From the sequence record SRR2962707_782: DNA of 35,956 nucleotides; one strand, written 5' to 3'. A model generated the notes under the pieces. That model was not told the origin of the DNA, searched no databases, and was given only the letters and a program-made list of their open reading frames with translations. Below are positions 17,747 to 26,874 of this stretch, in pieces. The translations under genes were made by a program, and so were the position numbers. How positions within the stretch are numbered: the first letter of the stretch is position 1; each line of letters starts with the position of its first letter.

Positions 17747-20089
17747 ATGTCTGCCATTCTCGAAACCAATCCTGGCTCTGACGGACCCTCGCGTGCCTCG
17801 CGGAACGGCCAGGCAATCGACGCGGCAGTGGCCAAAATCGACATGGCCACGCATCAGCTTCGCGCCATTGCGCAGGGCGAAGAAGAACCGCAAGTCGTAC
17901 CCATCATAAAATCCATACAGCCGCAGCATTCCGCAACCGTAACTCCGCTTCGGCCCGTACAGAACGATGCGCCGGCCGGTGCCGCTCGCCCGGCATCACT
18001 TGCCACGCCACCGGCGCCCGAGCCTACGGCCAGGGAAATCCTGCTCCAGGGGAAACCCGTTCCGATCACACCTGCGGACCCCGCGCCAGTACCCCGGCCG
18101 GAAACACCGGTTCAACCGGCGGCGCGCCAGGCGGAGCCGTCAGGTCCGGCTGCCCCGCAGGTCAAGCGCCCCGAACAGGAAGCGCCTCCGGCCCCGGAGG
18201 CAAAGCGCCCCGAGCAGGACAGGATCGAAGTGCGCGATCCGGCCAGCGAGCGCATCCCGGAAATGGCGCCGACACTGGAAGGTGAACGGGCGACGGTCCG
18301 GCGCCCTTCGGGCAGTGGCGGCGGATCCGGCACGCCCCCGGGCGGTGGAGGCGGCAATGGCGGCTTTCACAGGCGCGCCGAAATGCCCAATTTCGCCGAG
18401 AGTTTTCAGAACGGCGTCAATGCGGTACGGCGCAACATCGCCATGGTGATGGTGTTTACAGTCGCCACCAACATCCTCGTTCTCGCCATCCCGATCTATC
18501 TGTTCCAGATTTCTGACCGTGTACTCACCAGCCGTTCGGTGGATACGCTCGTCATGCTCACCATTGTCGTGGTCGGCGCTGTCCTGCTGCAGGCCGTGCT
18601 CGATGCTATCCGACGTTTCATCCTCATGCGCACGGCTGTCGAGATCGAAGTTCAACTCGGCGCGCCGGTCCTGAGCGCCGCCGCAAGGTCCTCACTCAAT
18701 GGCACGAGCAAGGACTATCACGTGCTCGGCGACCTGCAGCAAATGCGATCATTTATCACCTCGGGCACGCTGATCTCTATCCTCGACGCGCCTCTGGCAC
18801 CGCTGTTCATTGCCGCAATCTTTCTCATCCACCCCCATCTCGGTGCCATCGTCGTCGCGGCCTGCCTGGCCCTGCTGATCTTTGCGACGATCAACCAGAG
18901 GATGACATCCCGGCATTTTTCCGATGCGAACGGCTTTCTCAGCCGCGCCACGCTCCATCTCGATTCCATGTCGCGAAATGCTCAGATCATCAATGCGCTC
19001 GCCATGATCCCCGAGGCTGTCAGGATATGGGGCCGCGACACCGCGCTGTCCCTGCGCGCCCAGGTCCGGGCCCAGGACCGCAATATTGCGATCGCCACCT
19101 TCTCCAAAGCCTTCCGGATGCTCACCCAGGTCGCGATGCTGGGCTGGGGCGCCTATCTTGCGCTATTGGGCGAAATGACGGGCGGCATGGTAATTGCCGC
19201 CTCGATCATCGCGGCCCGCGCCCTGACGCCAATCGAAGGCGCCATCGAGGGGTGGCACCATTTCACGAGCTTTAGAGGCTCCTTCCGCAAGATCCGCGGC
19301 CTGCTGCAGAGTTCGCCCTTCAACACCCCGCGCCTGTTGCTGCCCCAGCCGCAAGGCCGGCTCGATGTCGAACGCATCCTCTACGTGCCCCCGCCGAACA
19401 AGAAGGTGATCCTCAATGGCATCTCCTTCTCGCTCGCTCCGGGCGAATCCATGGCGATCATCGGCAATTCGGGGTCGGGCAAGACCACGCTGGGCAAGAT
19501 GCTGGTGGGATCGGTGCTCCCGACATCGGGCAGCGTGCGGCTCGACCTTATGGACTTGCGCAACTGGGACATGCGCCAGTTCGGCGAAAACATCGGCTAT
19601 CTGCCACAGGACGTTCAGCTCTTTCCCGGGACCATCAAGGCCAACATCGCCCGTATGCGCGATGATGCGACCGACCGCGACATTCACGCGGCGGCCGTTC
19701 TTGCCGATGTGCATGAGATGATCGCCTCTTTCCCGCAGGGCTATGAAACCGTGGTGGCCGCCGACGGCGCGCCGCTCTCGGGTGGACAAAAGCAGCGCAT
19801 CGCCCTGGCGCGCGCCTTTTTTGGCAACCCGAAACTCGTGGTACTCGACGAGCCCAACTCCAACCTCGACTCGCCGGGCGAACAGGCTTTGGCCAAGGCC
19901 CTGCTGCACGCCAAAAAGCAGAACATCACCACCGTGACCATCACCCAGCGCACGGCGCTCTTGAGCTACGTCGACAAGATCATGGTGCTCGCCAACGGCT
20001 CGGTGGGCATGCTTGGCGAGCGCACAAAGGTACTCCAGGCCCTCACACAGGGCGGCGGCACCGCCGGCCCTTCCATTCCCAAGGAGTGA
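17747..20089 (+). CDS. Type I secretion ABC permease/ATPase (PrtD/AprD-like) with long Pro-rich N-terminal extension
   Basis: PIYLFQISDRVLTSRS.DTL, GGMVIAASII..RAL.PIE, GNSGSGKT, IGYLPQDVQLF.GTI, LSGGQKQRIALARA, LDEPNSNLD. ATG 17747 has RBS AAAGG; the GTG at 17726 is an alternative start. Confidence 0.93.
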   Translation: MSAILETNPGSDGPSRASRNGQAIDAAVAKIDMATHQLRAIAQGEEEPQVVPIIKSIQPQHSATVTPLRPVQNDAPAGAARPASLATPPAPEPTAREILLQGKPVPITPADPAPVPRPETPVQPAARQAEPSGPAAPQVKRPEQEAPPAPEAKRPEQDRIEVRDPASERIPEMAPTLEGERATVRRPSGSGGGSGTPPGGGGGNGGFHRRAEMPNFAESFQNGVNAVRRNIAMVMVFTVATNILVLAIPIYLFQISDRVLTSRSVDTLVMLTIVVVGAVLLQAVLDAIRRFILMRTAVEIEVQLGAPVLSAAARSSLNGTSKDYHVLGDLQQMRSFITSGTLISILDAPLAPLFIAAIFLIHPHLGAIVVAACLALLIFATINQRMTSRHFSDANGFLSRATLHLDSMSRNAQIINALAMIPEAVRIWGRDTALSLRAQVRAQDRNIAIATFSKAFRMLTQVAMLGWGAYLALLGEMTGGMVIAASIIAARALTPIEGAIEGWHHFTSFRGSFRKIRGLLQSSPFNTPRLLLPQPQGRLDVERILYVPPPNKKVILNGISFSLAPGESMAIIGNSGSGKTTLGKMLVGSVLPTSGSVRLDLMDLRNWDMRQFGENIGYLPQDVQLFPGTIKANIARMRDDATDRDIHAAAVLADVHEMIASFPQGYETVVAADGAPLSGGQKQRIALARAFFGNPKLVVLDEPNSNLDSPGEQALAKALLHAKKQNITTVTITQRTALLSYVDKIMVLANGSVGMLGERTKVLQALTQGGGTAGPSIPKE

Positions 20090-20092
20090 TCG

Positions 20093-21427
20093 ATGACGCT
20101 TGTGTCGGCCGGTAAGGCCCCCGAATGGTACTCGGATGTTCCGCGCTCGATCCGTCTTCAGACGCTACTGGGGCTTGGGCTGATCCTGGTGACCTTCGGC
20201 GGGTTCGGCTTATGGGCCGGCACTGCCCCCCTCGCCTCAGCGGTGATCGCTCCGGGCAGCTTCGTTGCCACGGGCAGCAACAAGATCGTCCAGCATCTCG
20301 AAGGCGGGATCATTCGCCAATTGCTCGTCGAGGAGGGTGAAAGGGTCGAGGCCGGACAGGATCTCGTGTATCTCGACAGCACGACGGCGCTCGCCAATGC
20401 TCGCAGCATCGAGTTGCGCATTATCCGGCTCGAGGCCATGCAGGCCCGCCTCCAGTCCCAGTTCGAGGGGGCGGCTGCCTATAGTCCCCCTGACTCTGTG
20501 CTTGCCCGCCTCGACGACCCCGAAGTGCGCTCCATCAATGACGGGCAGCGCGAAAGTTTCGACACGGCCCGCACGGCACTACAGAGCCGGCTCGACGTGC
20601 TGGGCGAAAACGTCAGCGCACTTGAATTCCAGCACACCGGCATCACCGCACAGCTCGACTCCTTTGAACGTCAGCGGGTGCTGCTGGAAGAGGATCATGG
20701 GATTCAGGCAGCTCTCTACGCCAGACAATTGACGACGCTGTCCAATGTCAACGCGCTGCAGCGCTCGCTCGCAGATGCCGACGGGGATATCGCCCGACTC
20801 GAATCCGAGGCAGGGATGACGCTGGCCCAGATCGAGCAGCACCGCCGCGAGATCGACCAATTGGTCTCTGCGGACCGCCAGGCCGCCCTTGGTGAATTGC
20901 AGCAGGTCTCGGCCGAACTCGAAACGTTGCGCGAAGAGATGAACAGCGTTCAGAATATTCTTTCACGCACGGTGATAACGGCACCCGCCGCCGGCATCGT
21001 CGTGCGGCTCTATTACCATACATCCGGCGGCGTCATCGAAAGCGGCCGCCCGATCATCGAAATCCTGCCCTCCGACGTGCCGCTGATCATCGAAGCGCAG
21101 ATTCCCCGCATGCAGATCGACGAGATCGAACTGGGCCAAAAGGCCGACGTCCGGCTTTCGGCCCTCAATCAGCGCACCACCCCATTGCTCGAAGGTGAGG
21201 TCGCCTATGTCTCGGCCGATTCCATCAACGATGGCGGTTCGGGATCGAACGAAATCTATATCGCGCGGGTGACCATCCCCCCCGACCAGCTCGAACGCGT
21301 TTCGGGGTTCACCCCCACCCCCGGCATGCCGGCCGAGATCCTCATCGAAACCGACGCGCGCACATTCTTTGAATATTTGAGCAAGCCCATCGTCGACAGC
21401 ATGGCCCGCGCCTTCAGAGAACAATGA
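20093..21427 (+). CDS. HlyD-family type I secretion membrane fusion protein
   Basis: N-terminal TM, KIVQHLEGGII..LLVEEG..V..GQ, coiled coil, ITAPAAG.V, PGMPAE..I, FFEYL.KP. Confidence 0.95.
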   Translation: MTLVSAGKAPEWYSDVPRSIRLQTLLGLGLILVTFGGFGLWAGTAPLASAVIAPGSFVATGSNKIVQHLEGGIIRQLLVEEGERVEAGQDLVYLDSTTALANARSIELRIIRLEAMQARLQSQFEGAAAYSPPDSVLARLDDPEVRSINDGQRESFDTARTALQSRLDVLGENVSALEFQHTGITAQLDSFERQRVLLEEDHGIQAALYARQLTTLSNVNALQRSLADADGDIARLESEAGMTLAQIEQHRREIDQLVSADRQAALGELQQVSAELETLREEMNSVQNILSRTVITAPAAGIVVRLYYHTSGGVIESGRPIIEILPSDVPLIIEAQIPRMQIDEIELGQKADVRLSALNQRTTPLLEGEVAYVSADSINDGGSGSNEIYIARVTIPPDQLERVSGFTPTPGMPAEILIETDARTFFEYLSKPIVDSMARAFREQ

Positions 21428-21500
21428 CGCCGGATTCGGTGATCCCTGCCCCAAAAATCGCGCGCTCAGGCGCGGATGTTGGCTGGATGATCTTGTCAAT

Positions 21501-21541
21501 CTTCCAGGCAGCCTAGCGCGACTTCCAGGCAGCCTAGCGCG
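21501..21541 (+). repeat. Perfect 20-bp tandem duplication CTTCCAGGCAGCCTAGCGCG (21-bp period)
   Basis: Copies at 21501-21520 and 21522-21541, with a partial third copy CTTCCTGGC at 21552-21560. Confidence 0.85.
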
Positions 21542-21867
21542 GCGCATAACGCTTCCTGGCCGTGTCAGGCGAGTTGTGGCCGGTACAGGCCGCGACCGTT
21601 TTCGCTGCGCAAGTCTATCTATCTGGCCCTCCGATCCACTTCGAGTCGAGCTCACGGAGTTCGCAAGGGGCCGCCTTCGGCCACTCGGCCGTACTCCAAG
21701 GCGGTTGGTCGGCATTTCACTCGTTCTGCCCTAAGGGCCTGTCACGCCTGCGCTATCGGGACGGGCACCAGCTGTAACCACGGCCGTTTGCAAAATTTGG
21801 GTTGACGGAGCAATGGCGATATGCAGTGTTCTTTTGGCGCCTAAAAAACACAAAGGTAGGAATTCTG

Positions 21868-23415
21868 ATGTCGCGCTTACTCATCTCGCTGCCAGTGGCA
21901 GCCTCACTGGTCGCCGCTTTCGCGCCGGCTGTTTACGCTTCTACGCTCAACGTTCAGTTGTCTGCGGATATCCGCAGCTCCCAGCCTGGTGTCAACCGCG
22001 ATGCCATTACCGATTCTGTCATGCTCAACGTGGTCGAGGGGCTCGTTGCGGCAGACGAAGGTGGTGTCATCAAACCGATGCTGGCGAGCGACTGGACAGT
22101 GTCGGACGACGGCACCGTCTATACATTCTCACTGCGGGACGACGTGGTCTTTCACAACGGCGCCCCGATGACGGCAGAAGAGGTCAAATGGACGTGGGAC
22201 ACCTCGCTCAGCACGCCAGAGCACTCTTGCACCACGTTCTTTGACGGCAGCCGCGGCTCCGCGATCGAGTCCGTGGAAATCCTGGACCCGCTCACCGTCG
22301 AGTTTACGCTTACCGAGCCGAATGCGCTGTTTCTCACTTACATGGCGCAATCACAATGCGCTTCGAATGGCATCCTGCATCCGGACTCCTTTAACGAGGA
22401 CGGAACCTGGAACAGCCCTATCGCCACCGGACCGTTCGTGTTTGGCGAATGGTTGCGCGGCGAAAGCATCACGCTCGAAAAATTTGACGATTATGCCATC
22501 ACCGGCGAGGAGATCGACGGCTACGGCGGCCGCAAGGATGTTCTAGTCGACGACGTGAAGCTGATCGTCGTACCCGACAATGCGTCGGCGGTTGCTGCCC
22601 TTCGTTCGGGCAATCTGCACGTCCTGCCCTATCTGCCGCCCAGTGAAGCATCCGAGTTGCGGGCAGATCCCAACTTCACTCTGGTTGCCGCGCCTCATGG
22701 CGGGCTGATTACCTTCCTGTTCCAAACCGAAGACGCCATTATGTCGAAGGTCGAGATGCGCCGGGCGGTTGCTCACGCGCTCGACATTCCCGAAATTGTG
22801 GCCGCCGTCACCTATGGTCTGGGCGTCCCCAATCCCTCGCTCGTTTCGGTTGGGTCCGCATTCCACACCGAGCTTCACGACCAAGGATTTGAGTACGATC
22901 CGGAAATGGCAGCTACTCTGCTGGCCGAGGCAGGCTACGATGGCGAAGAGATCGTCATCCAGACCAACCGCCGGTCTGCCATCAGCTACGACGCCGCCGT
23001 GATCGCTCAGGCGATGCTGCAGGCATCGGGTATCAATGCAACGATCGAAGTGCTCGAATGGGCAACTCAGCTCGACCGCTTCAACTCGGGCAACTACCAG
23101 GCCATGGCCTTCAATTACTCAAACCGTGCCGACCCGGTGCTGGCGTATTCGGCTGTTCTTGCATCCAAGGAAGATCGGGCCAATGCGATCTGGGACAATC
23201 CCGAGGCCATCGCGCTGCTCGACGACTTGCTCCAGACATCCGAGCCCGCTGAACGACAGGCCCTGTTCGATCAACTCCATGAAAAGTTCATCGAAGACGT
23301 TCCGCTGCTCATGCTCGCGAACGGTATGGACGTCGGGGTTTCATCGGCAAATGTCGAGGGATACCGCACCTGGCAAGGGTTTGCCCGCCTCTGGGGCGTG
23401 AGCCTCAACGAATAG
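21868..23415 (+). CDS. ABC transporter substrate-binding protein, family 5 (peptide/nickel)
   Basis: Signal peptide MSRLL...AVYA, LASDWTVSDDGTVYTFSLRDDVVFHNG, ATGPF. ATG 21868 has RBS AGGA and is preferred over TTG 21802. Confidence 0.92.
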   Translation: MSRLLISLPVAASLVAAFAPAVYASTLNVQLSADIRSSQPGVNRDAITDSVMLNVVEGLVAADEGGVIKPMLASDWTVSDDGTVYTFSLRDDVVFHNGAPMTAEEVKWTWDTSLSTPEHSCTTFFDGSRGSAIESVEILDPLTVEFTLTEPNALFLTYMAQSQCASNGILHPDSFNEDGTWNSPIATGPFVFGEWLRGESITLEKFDDYAITGEEIDGYGGRKDVLVDDVKLIVVPDNASAVAALRSGNLHVLPYLPPSEASELRADPNFTLVAAPHGGLITFLFQTEDAIMSKVEMRRAVAHALDIPEIVAAVTYGLGVPNPSLVSVGSAFHTELHDQGFEYDPEMAATLLAEAGYDGEEIVIQTNRRSAISYDAAVIAQAMLQASGINATIEVLEWATQLDRFNSGNYQAMAFNYSNRADPVLAYSAVLASKEDRANAIWDNPEAIALLDDLLQTSEPAERQALFDQLHEKFIEDVPLLMLANGMDVGVSSANVEGYRTWQGFARLWGVSLNE

Positions 23416-23446
23416 GCCCACGCTTTGACGCCTCCGGGGATTTGAC

Positions 23447-24391
23447 ATGCTCAGATTTGCATCGACACGTATCCTAGCTGCCATACCGACGCTTCTGATT
23501 GTCGCCGTGGCCGTATTCACCCTTGTCCGTCTGATCCCCGGAGATCCCGTCAGCCTGATGCTGGGCGATCTGGCAGATGATGCCACTCGCGCCCAGCTTC
23601 GGGAACGGTTGGGACTTGACCAACCGATCTACCTCCAGTTCGTCATCTGGCTGTCCAACCTGTTCAGGGGCGATCTGGGGCAATCGATAACCACGGGCCA
23701 GCCTGTGCTGCCACTGGTTCTCAGCCGTTTTTTCACCAGCGCCCAGATGGTGCTGCCCGCCATTGTCATCGCGATCATTGTCGCGGTGCCACTGGGCATG
23801 ATTGCAGCATGGCGCCAGAACAGCAAAATCGATCTGTTCGTGGTCGGACTTTCCACGCTGCTTCTGTCTATCCCCACCTTCTGGCTTGGCCTCATGCTGC
23901 TACTCCTGTTCGGCATGACGCTCGGCTGGTTACCCGTGCTGGGCTATGTCTCGATCGCCAACCAGGTGGTCGACGGCGTCATCTATCTGATCATGCCGGT
24001 CGCGACGCTCGTGCTGCATGAAGTGGGCAGCCTGGTCCGTATGGCCCGCGCTTCGACGCTCGACGTGCTGCGCCTCGACTACATCACCCACGCGCGCGCC
24101 AAGGGGCTGAGTGAGGGTGAAATCCTGGTTCATCACGCCGCCCGCAACGCGTTTGGGCCCACCTGGACACTGGTCGGGCTGATCCTGGGCAATCTGCTTG
24201 GCGGCGTTGCGGTGGTCGAAACCGTCTTCACCATCCCCGGCCTCGGGAGGCTGATCGTGGAATCCATCTATGGCCGCGACTATGCGGTGGTGCAGGGTTG
24301 CCTTTTGTTCGTCGCCCTCACGTACGTCCTCGTCAACCTTCTGGTTGACCTTCTTTATCCAATCTTTGATCCGCGCGTGACAGCAGAATGA
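23447..24391 (+). CDS. Peptide ABC permease (DppB-like)
   Basis: PGDPV, GDLGQS, DYITHARAKGL, DPRV. Confidence 0.94.
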   Translation: MLRFASTRILAAIPTLLIVAVAVFTLVRLIPGDPVSLMLGDLADDATRAQLRERLGLDQPIYLQFVIWLSNLFRGDLGQSITTGQPVLPLVLSRFFTSAQMVLPAIVIAIIVAVPLGMIAAWRQNSKIDLFVVGLSTLLLSIPTFWLGLMLLLLFGMTLGWLPVLGYVSIANQVVDGVIYLIMPVATLVLHEVGSLVRMARASTLDVLRLDYITHARAKGLSEGEILVHHAARNAFGPTWTLVGLILGNLLGGVAVVETVFTIPGLGRLIVESIYGRDYAVVQGCLLFVALTYVLVNLLVDLLYPIFDPRVTAE

Positions 24392-25203
24392 CCGCCAAAA
24401 ATCTCAACCTTATGCTGGGCGGCACACTCGTCCTGCTGTTTCTGGCCGCCGCTGCCATCGGAGCCGTATGGACACCATACAATCCGCTTGGCATCAATCT
24501 TTCAGGCAAGCTGTTGCCCCCAGGAGCCGAGCACTGGCTTGGGACCGACGAGTTCGGTCGCGATGTTCTATCCAGGCTCATGGCTGCGGCAGGCACGAGC
24601 GTCGTTATCAGCCTTCTAACGGTAAGCCTTTCGATCAGCGCCGGCGTTGTCCTGGGCCTTATTTCGGGCTATGCACGCGGCGCTGTCGACCGGTCCATCA
24701 TGACGTTGAACGACGCATTGCTGGCTTTTCCCTCCATGCTGATGGCGCTGGCCCTGCTCTCGATCACGGGGGCCAATATGTACGGCATCATCCTCGCGCT
24801 CGGGCTCGCCTATACCCCGGCGGTGGTGCGTATCGTCCGCGGGGCAGTTCTGTCGCTGCGTGAGCGCGAGTTCATCGAAGCGTCGCGCGTCATGGGAAAT
24901 TCGGGCGTTTACACAATGGCCCGGCATATCCTTCCCAATTGCCTGGCGCCGATCATCGTTTTTGCCACCACAATGTTTGGGTCCGTGCTTTTGACGGAAA
25001 GCGCCTTGAGCTTTCTTGGCCTGGGCGTTCCTCCTCCTGCTCCCACCTGGGGCAACATGCTGGCAAGCGCCCGCCCGCACATGGCCCAGGCGGTCTGGCT
25101 CGGCATTTTCCCCGGCCTGTGCATTTCGCTCGCCCTGCTGGGCATCAACCTGTTCGGCGACGCTATCCGCGATCGTTTCGATCCGCGCATGAGGGGCATC
25201 TAA
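24388..25203 (+). CDS. Peptide ABC permease (DppC-like)
   Basis: HWLGTDEFGRD, EFIEASRVMG, ESALSFLGLG, DPR. Confidence 0.94.
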   Translation: MTAKNLNLMLGGTLVLLFLAAAAIGAVWTPYNPLGINLSGKLLPPGAEHWLGTDEFGRDVLSRLMAAAGTSVVISLLTVSLSISAGVVLGLISGYARGAVDRSIMTLNDALLAFPSMLMALALLSITGANMYGIILALGLAYTPAVVRIVRGAVLSLREREFIEASRVMGNSGVYTMARHILPNCLAPIIVFATTMFGSVLLTESALSFLGLGVPPPAPTWGNMLASARPHMAQAVWLGIFPGLCISLALLGINLFGDAIRDRFDPRMRGI

Positions 25204-26874
25204 ATGAGCGACCAACCACTGCTTGGAGTTCACAATCTCAGTCTGCGCCTGCGGAATACCCGGGCCGGTGGACGGATTGTCGATGCTGTCAGTTTCGAGA
25301 TGTCGCGCGGCGAAATCGTCGGCATCGTCGGGGAATCGGGATCGGGCAAGACGATGCTTGCGCGCTCGATCATTGGTCTCCAGCCCGATGCGATTGTCGT
25401 CGACGATGGCGATATCACACTCAAGGGGCGCTCGGTCGGGGCTATGAACCCGCGCGAGTTGCGCCAGATCCGCGGCGCTGAGGTGTCCATGGTCTTTCAG
25501 GAGCCCATGACATCGCTCAACCCCTCAATGAAGATCGGCAGGCAGTTGGACGAACCGTTGCGGGTTCACACCGATCTGCAGCCGGCAGAGCGCGTGCAGC
25601 GTTGCCTTGAGATCATGCGGCAGGTGGGCATCTCCGATCCGGAGACGGGGCTAGACGCCTATCCCCATCAGTTCTCGGGCGGCATGCGCCAGCGGATCAT
25701 GCTGGCTTCGGCGATGCTGCTGCAGCCCTCGCTGCTGATCGCCGACGAACCCACGACCGCGCTCGACGCTATCATCCAGCGTCAGGTTCTCGAACTGATG
25801 ATCGACCTCACCCAGTCGCAGGGCACCGCCTTGCTGATGATCAGCCACGACCTGCCGATGGTTGCGCGTTATTGCCAACGCATCCTCGTCATGCGCCAGG
25901 GTCAGGTGGTCGAAAGCGGCCCTACGGCCGATATTCTCGCGCGTCCGCAGCACGACTATACACGTGCCCTGCTCCAATCGATGCCGGGCCGTGGTCCCAA
26001 ACGCGAGTTTTCTCCCGAGGCCGAGCCGCTGGTTACCGTGAAGAATCTTGAGGTCGAATACACCAGCAAGTCGAACCCGTTTCGACCACGTACGACAAAA
26101 AAAGCCCTCAAAGGAGTCAGCGTTGCCATTCGGCCGGGCGAAGTGCTTGCGGTCGTCGGCGCTTCGGGATCGGGAAAGACCACTCTGGGCAGAACGATTG
26201 CCGGGCTGACCGAGAAAACGGCAGGCGAAGTGCTGTTTAGGGGTAAATCCATCGAGAAAAGCCAGAGTACCTATGCCGACTATCGGCTCAACTGCCAGAT
26301 GGTATTCCAGGACCCATTCGGTTCGCTCAATCCCAGAATGAAAGTCGGGCAGTTGGTTGCGGAGGCCCTGCGGCATGACAAGTCGCTTTCGGCCAAGGAC
26401 AGGCGCGCCCGCGTTATCGAGATTCTTGCCGAAGTCGGATTGGATGAAAAGTTTCTCGATCGCTTTCCGCACGAGCTTTCGGGCGGCCAAAGGCAGCGGA
26501 TCGCGATTGCGCGCGCCATTGTGCCTAGACCCGAGTTCGTGGTGGCCGACGAAGCCGTTTCCGCGTTGGACGTGACCGTCAGGGCTCAGGTTCTAGATCT
26601 GCTGGCCGACCTGCAGAAGCGCTATAATTTTTCGTGCCTGTTCATCAGCCACGATCTCGCGGTGGTGGAAAAACTCGCCGACCGCGTGGTGGTCATGAAG
26701 GATGGAGAAATCGTCGAACAGGGACGGCGTGACGACGTGTTCGACAATCCCAAAACCGATTACACACGGGCGCTACTGTCGGCCATTCCGATGCTGGAGC
26801 GCACGGAAACCGGGGTCAACATGCGTTGGCGCTTCGAGCAATCTGCGACGGCCAGGCCGGAGAGCCAGCCGTGA
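25204..26874 (+). CDS. Peptide ABC ATPase with two fused nucleotide-binding domains
   Basis: Two Walker A motifs ([16 protein letters not shown]) and two signatures ([16 protein letters not shown]). Confidence 0.94.
   Translation: MSDQPLLGVHNLSLRLRNTRAGGRIVDAVSFEMSRGEIVGIVGESGSGKTMLARSIIGLQPDAIVVDDGDITLKGRSVGAMNPRELRQIRGAEVSMVFQEPMTSLNPSMKIGRQLDEPLRVHTDLQPAERVQRCLEIMRQVGISDPETGLDAYPHQFSGGMRQRIMLASAMLLQPSLLIADEPTTALDAIIQRQVLELMIDLTQSQGTALLMISHDLPMVARYCQRILVMRQGQVVESGPTADILARPQHDYTRALLQSMPGRGPKREFSPEAEPLVTVKNLEVEYTSKSNPFRPRTTKKALKGVSVAIRPGEVLAVVGASGSGKTTLGRTIAGLTEKTAGEVLFRGKSIEKSQSTYADYRLNCQMVFQDPFGSLNPRMKVGQLVAEALRHDKSLSAKDRRARVIEILAEVGLDEKFLDRFPHELSGGQRQRIAIARAIVPRPEFVVADEAVSALDVTVRAQVLDLLADLQKRYNFSCLFISHDLAVVEKLADRVVVMKDGEIVEQGRRDDVFDNPKTDYTRALLSAIPMLERTETGVNMRWRFEQSATARPESQP

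Noticed and set aside
21585-21640. Transposase-like snippets (IYLALRS on +, EGQIDRL on -)
   Set aside because: The same few nucleotides give an IS256-like and an ISL3-like word. There is no extended similarity or terminal inverted repeat, so chance is likely.
21787-21830. TTGACG as a sigma70 -35 element with a TTTGCAAA palindrome
   Set aside because: No convincing -10 element at the proper spacing, so it cannot be supported without TSS data.
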